Below, in pieces: positions 61,385 to 64,000 of a stretch of 64,000 bases of DNA (position 1 is the first letter of the stretch; each line of letters begins with the position of its first letter). Position numbers and translations under genes: made by a program. Origin of the DNA: Pavona decussata (taxonomy: Eukaryota); the NCBI GenBank assembly GCA_977016875.1, contig CDRNST010000339.1, positions 62,001 through 126,000 of the forward strand. Direction: 5' to 3'. The notes under the pieces are model-generated. The model searched no databases, was not told where the DNA came from, and was given only the letters and a program-made list of their open reading frames with translations.

Positions 61385-61555
61385 AATAGACCATGTTCGC
61401 ATTCTTGTTCTTCAATTGGGTCTAACTTGCAATGGAAGCCATTGTGGGGCAATACATTTAAAAACTATTTGCGTCTAAAAAATATTCCCCCGCTTCAGCC
61501 TCGTCTGCAAGCTAGTTCCAGTCCCAGACTGGGAATACGAAAACCGCGGTCTATT
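61385..61555. mobile_element. AATAGACC...GGTCTATT MITE
   Basis: Terminal aatagacc/ggtctatt, with imperfect arms (ctaacttgca/tgcaagctag, ggggcaata/tattcccc). Confidence 0.7.
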
Positions 61556-61579
61556 CAGGAAGTCAGTTTACTCACGGTC

Positions 61580-62268
61580 TAATGCTTCAGTCGATTCCGG
61601 TAGTTCCCTTTTCCCCGGGTATTAGTGGGGCATTTTTATACATTGCGAGTCCCGAGGGTCGGGTATTAGTCTACCCCGGGGCACTGTCACCGATAAGTTC
61701 ATCCACGAAGACGATGAATTGTGATTAATTACAGCTTTATGTCCAAGGAGGAAAAAAATGAGAGGGGTTAGCTTCTAAAGAAACTGTGGTGCTGCGTCGG
61801 TGAGGAGTGGAAACGAATGCTTGGTTTTATCTTAAAATCGTAATGCGAGAGAAAGAGACAGTTAATAATAAGTAATTTCGCCACCTTAAAGAGATTCGAG
61901 TGCTGATGTTGCGAACGTCAGAGCGAATCCGATTTGCTCTGACAAAGGGCTAACGCTCGAAAAATCAGCACTCGAATCTGTTTACGGTGGTCAAATAGCC
62001 TTATCAAGTCTGTTAATAAAACCTGACATTCCTTTCTAGGAATTGGTTTGGCCCTGAAGAAGCTTTGATTAAAATTTATGCAAGCCCAAGAGCGTAGACG
62101 TCAAATTATATTTAAGCTGTACCAAGGGGCATTTGAACGGCTTGTTTAATTTGTCCCCGCCGTGGGGCATTTCTCGGTTTGTTGTCAAAATTCCTAATAT
62201 AATACTAGGGGATCATCCCCAGGGGGAGGGGATGTGGGACGGCCACAGTGGAAATGACTGATGCTAAT
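61580..62268. mobile_element. TIR element (taatgc.tcagtc.attcc ... ggaaatgactgatgc) containing a nested Penelope-like repeat
   Basis: Inverted termini, and ggggcattt subrepeats on both sides of the insert. Confidence 0.6.
61765..62025 (+). mobile_element. Penelope-like palindromic terminal repeat with decayed hammerhead core
   Basis: Arms gagattcgagtgctga / tcagcactcgaatct; core ctCTGACAAagggctaacgctcGAAAaatcagc at 61937-61969. Confidence 0.55.
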
Positions 62269-62293
62269 GCTTGGATAGATAAGCTAGCCTAAG

Positions 62294-62958
62294 AGCGGAG
62301 CTCCCAAGAAATGAGTGCCGGGATAAAATTGTTCTCAACCAAATCCATTTATAGCCTGAACTGAATTTTGAGAATGAGAAAGTTGCTTTCAACTGACGAC
62401 AGTGAACTCAAAATCCTTAAGACAGAATTTGTCGAGAAACGCATTGGAATGGCTTGGATATTGCAAAAATCAAGCATCCATGCTATAGCTCCGGCTTGTC
62501 AACCTCAATCACATTTCCTTTTTTGCGCCCTAAGCAACCAATAAGATAAAAGTCTGAAAAGAGAAAATACCCGCTTTCCATACAGACCAAACGAATTGAA
62601 ATCTGCGTCACCATATTGCTTTCTCTTCCAAAGTTTCAATAATTAATCATAAAAGGCACAGCCATCGAAGATTTTGTTTCTTTTCAGTGACCAGCAAATT
62701 CTCAATGGATTATTGCCCTTTACTCCAGTAAAGATCCGTGCACAATATCCATGGACGTATATCCTTTTTACTTGTAGTCGTCTCAAAGAACAAAGGTCCA
62801 AGTCTTGTCTGCCATTTCACCGGTACGTGCGCGCACACGCGAAGTACTTACGCACTCACGTCATGACCATCCAAAACGACTTACACGTGTTTGCACATTT
62901 CGTGACTATGGTGCTCCACTCACGTGGGCCTCATTTCGGCCCTCACGGGAGCTCCGCT
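62294..62958. mobile_element. Probable non-autonomous element bounded by 12-bp inverted repeats
   Basis: agcggagctccc (62294-62305) / gggagctccgct (62947-62958), with a subterminal hairpin and cgta-rich tract near the right end. Confidence 0.5.
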
Positions 62959-63135
62959 ATAAAATGAGCCAGTATGGAGACCTAAAATGGGGAAGGGGAA
63001 CACTACAGTGGACTAGCATCCCATCCGGGGATCTTACCTCGCAGATGAATACAAACTGAAGCAATCACGCCAAATACGTACATCATTCGTAAGATCACGC
63101 AAAGCACCAATCACAGCCGTTATAAGTGTGGTTTA

Positions 63136-63695
63136 AGACAGACAGACAGACACCTTTATTTAGTTATAAAGCTTAGGGTAGTTCCTTCAGGAGCTTAAAA
63201 GCACCCTGCTATCAATAGGAGCCCTGAGCACTAAATACACTAATTACAATGTAGATATACTATAAAAAGTAATAACAATGCGGATATACTAAGAAAAACT
63301 ATTTACAACATACTCTAAAAATTATATACAATGTGTTAATAAAAGTAATGAACTATATAATAAGTTAATTAATAAAAGAAGCTATTTAGAATAATTATTA
63401 AAAACCATGATAGTAAAAGAATCTCTTGGCGGCTTCTGTTCTTATGGCAGGTAGATGAAGCAGATCTCGTTTTCTAGTTGCGCGAGTGTGAATGTTGTTG
63501 TTAAAAGTAAAATATCCGTCAAAATATTGAGGGCAACGCCCTTCAATGCACTTCTTTACAAGCTGAAAAACATGTTCATGACGTCTTTCTGCAAGCGCCG
63601 GCCACTTGAGAATGTCCATTGCAGTGCCACTGCGAATCGTTCTGGCAACAATTCTACCTGCTCTCTTCTGCAATGCCTCTAAGGCCTGACTAAAT
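63136..63695 (-). mobile_element. 5'-truncated L2/CR1-group LINE (ORF2 C-terminus plus 3' UTR), antisense in a thrombospondin intron
   Basis: LEALQKRAGRIV...LKWPALAERR...VKKCIEGRCPQY...HTRATR...LHLPAIRTEAAKRFFYYHG is typical post-RT ORF2. The minus strand ends in a stem-loop, AATAAA and a (GTCT)4 tail. Confidence 0.9.
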
Positions 63696-64000
63696 GATGG
63701 ATAAACGAAAAAAAAAAACCTCACTCGATCTATCTGCGTTGTTGGGACCATTTTCTACACGCCAATTGACAAGTCATCCCAAATATTAAGCCACCGTCTC
63801 TCCTGATGCAATACCGGGATGAAATTCATCTCGGCAAGCCAACTGCCAGCCCGGCTATTGCAATCGGCCTCTAATTCATCTACCAACGAGCCAGTTCAAT
63901 TGGCTTGTTTGCTCCATTCACTGCCGATCCAAGCGAGCCATGCAATACATCGTTCCTCGTTTTCTACAATCACATGCAAGTCACAAAATATGTTATTCGT

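Noticed and set aside
62674-62967. Acceptor at 62687 and 97-aa ORF as the next thrombospondin exon
   Set aside because: The required phase-1 frame stops at 62729, no coiled-coil, vWC or EGF motif is present, and the region lies inside a probable TE.

Overview
Eukaryotic, AT-rich, intron-containing DNA. The repeat families look like those of an anthozoan cnidarian, most likely a stony coral (recognised from memory, not by search). Two protein-coding genes are supportable, both on the + strand. (1) A three-exon gene (8398-8610, 12140-12290, 14626-15236; 324 aa as modelled) with a very divergent PR/SET-like N-terminus and four tandem C2H2 zinc fingers (PRDM-like). Its PR domain appears split between two reading frames. 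(2) The 5' part of a secreted thrombospondin-like gene (signal peptide plus TSPN/LamG domain; exons 59198-59264, 59940-60532, 61244-61331), which probably continues past the window. The ~44 kb between them has no recognisable long CDS. It holds MITEs, tRNA-derived SINEs, LINE 3' fragments, a restriction-like-endonuclease retrotransposon fossil, Penelope-like repeats with decayed hammerhead cores, a ~104-bp satellite, a 178-N gap, a ~250-bp inverted repeat pair 5.4 kb apart, and several well-formed short exons that could encode microproteins or lncRNAs. No rRNA, true tRNA or CRISPR array was seen. Repeat boundaries were read by eye and are approximate unless TIR/TSD positions are given.
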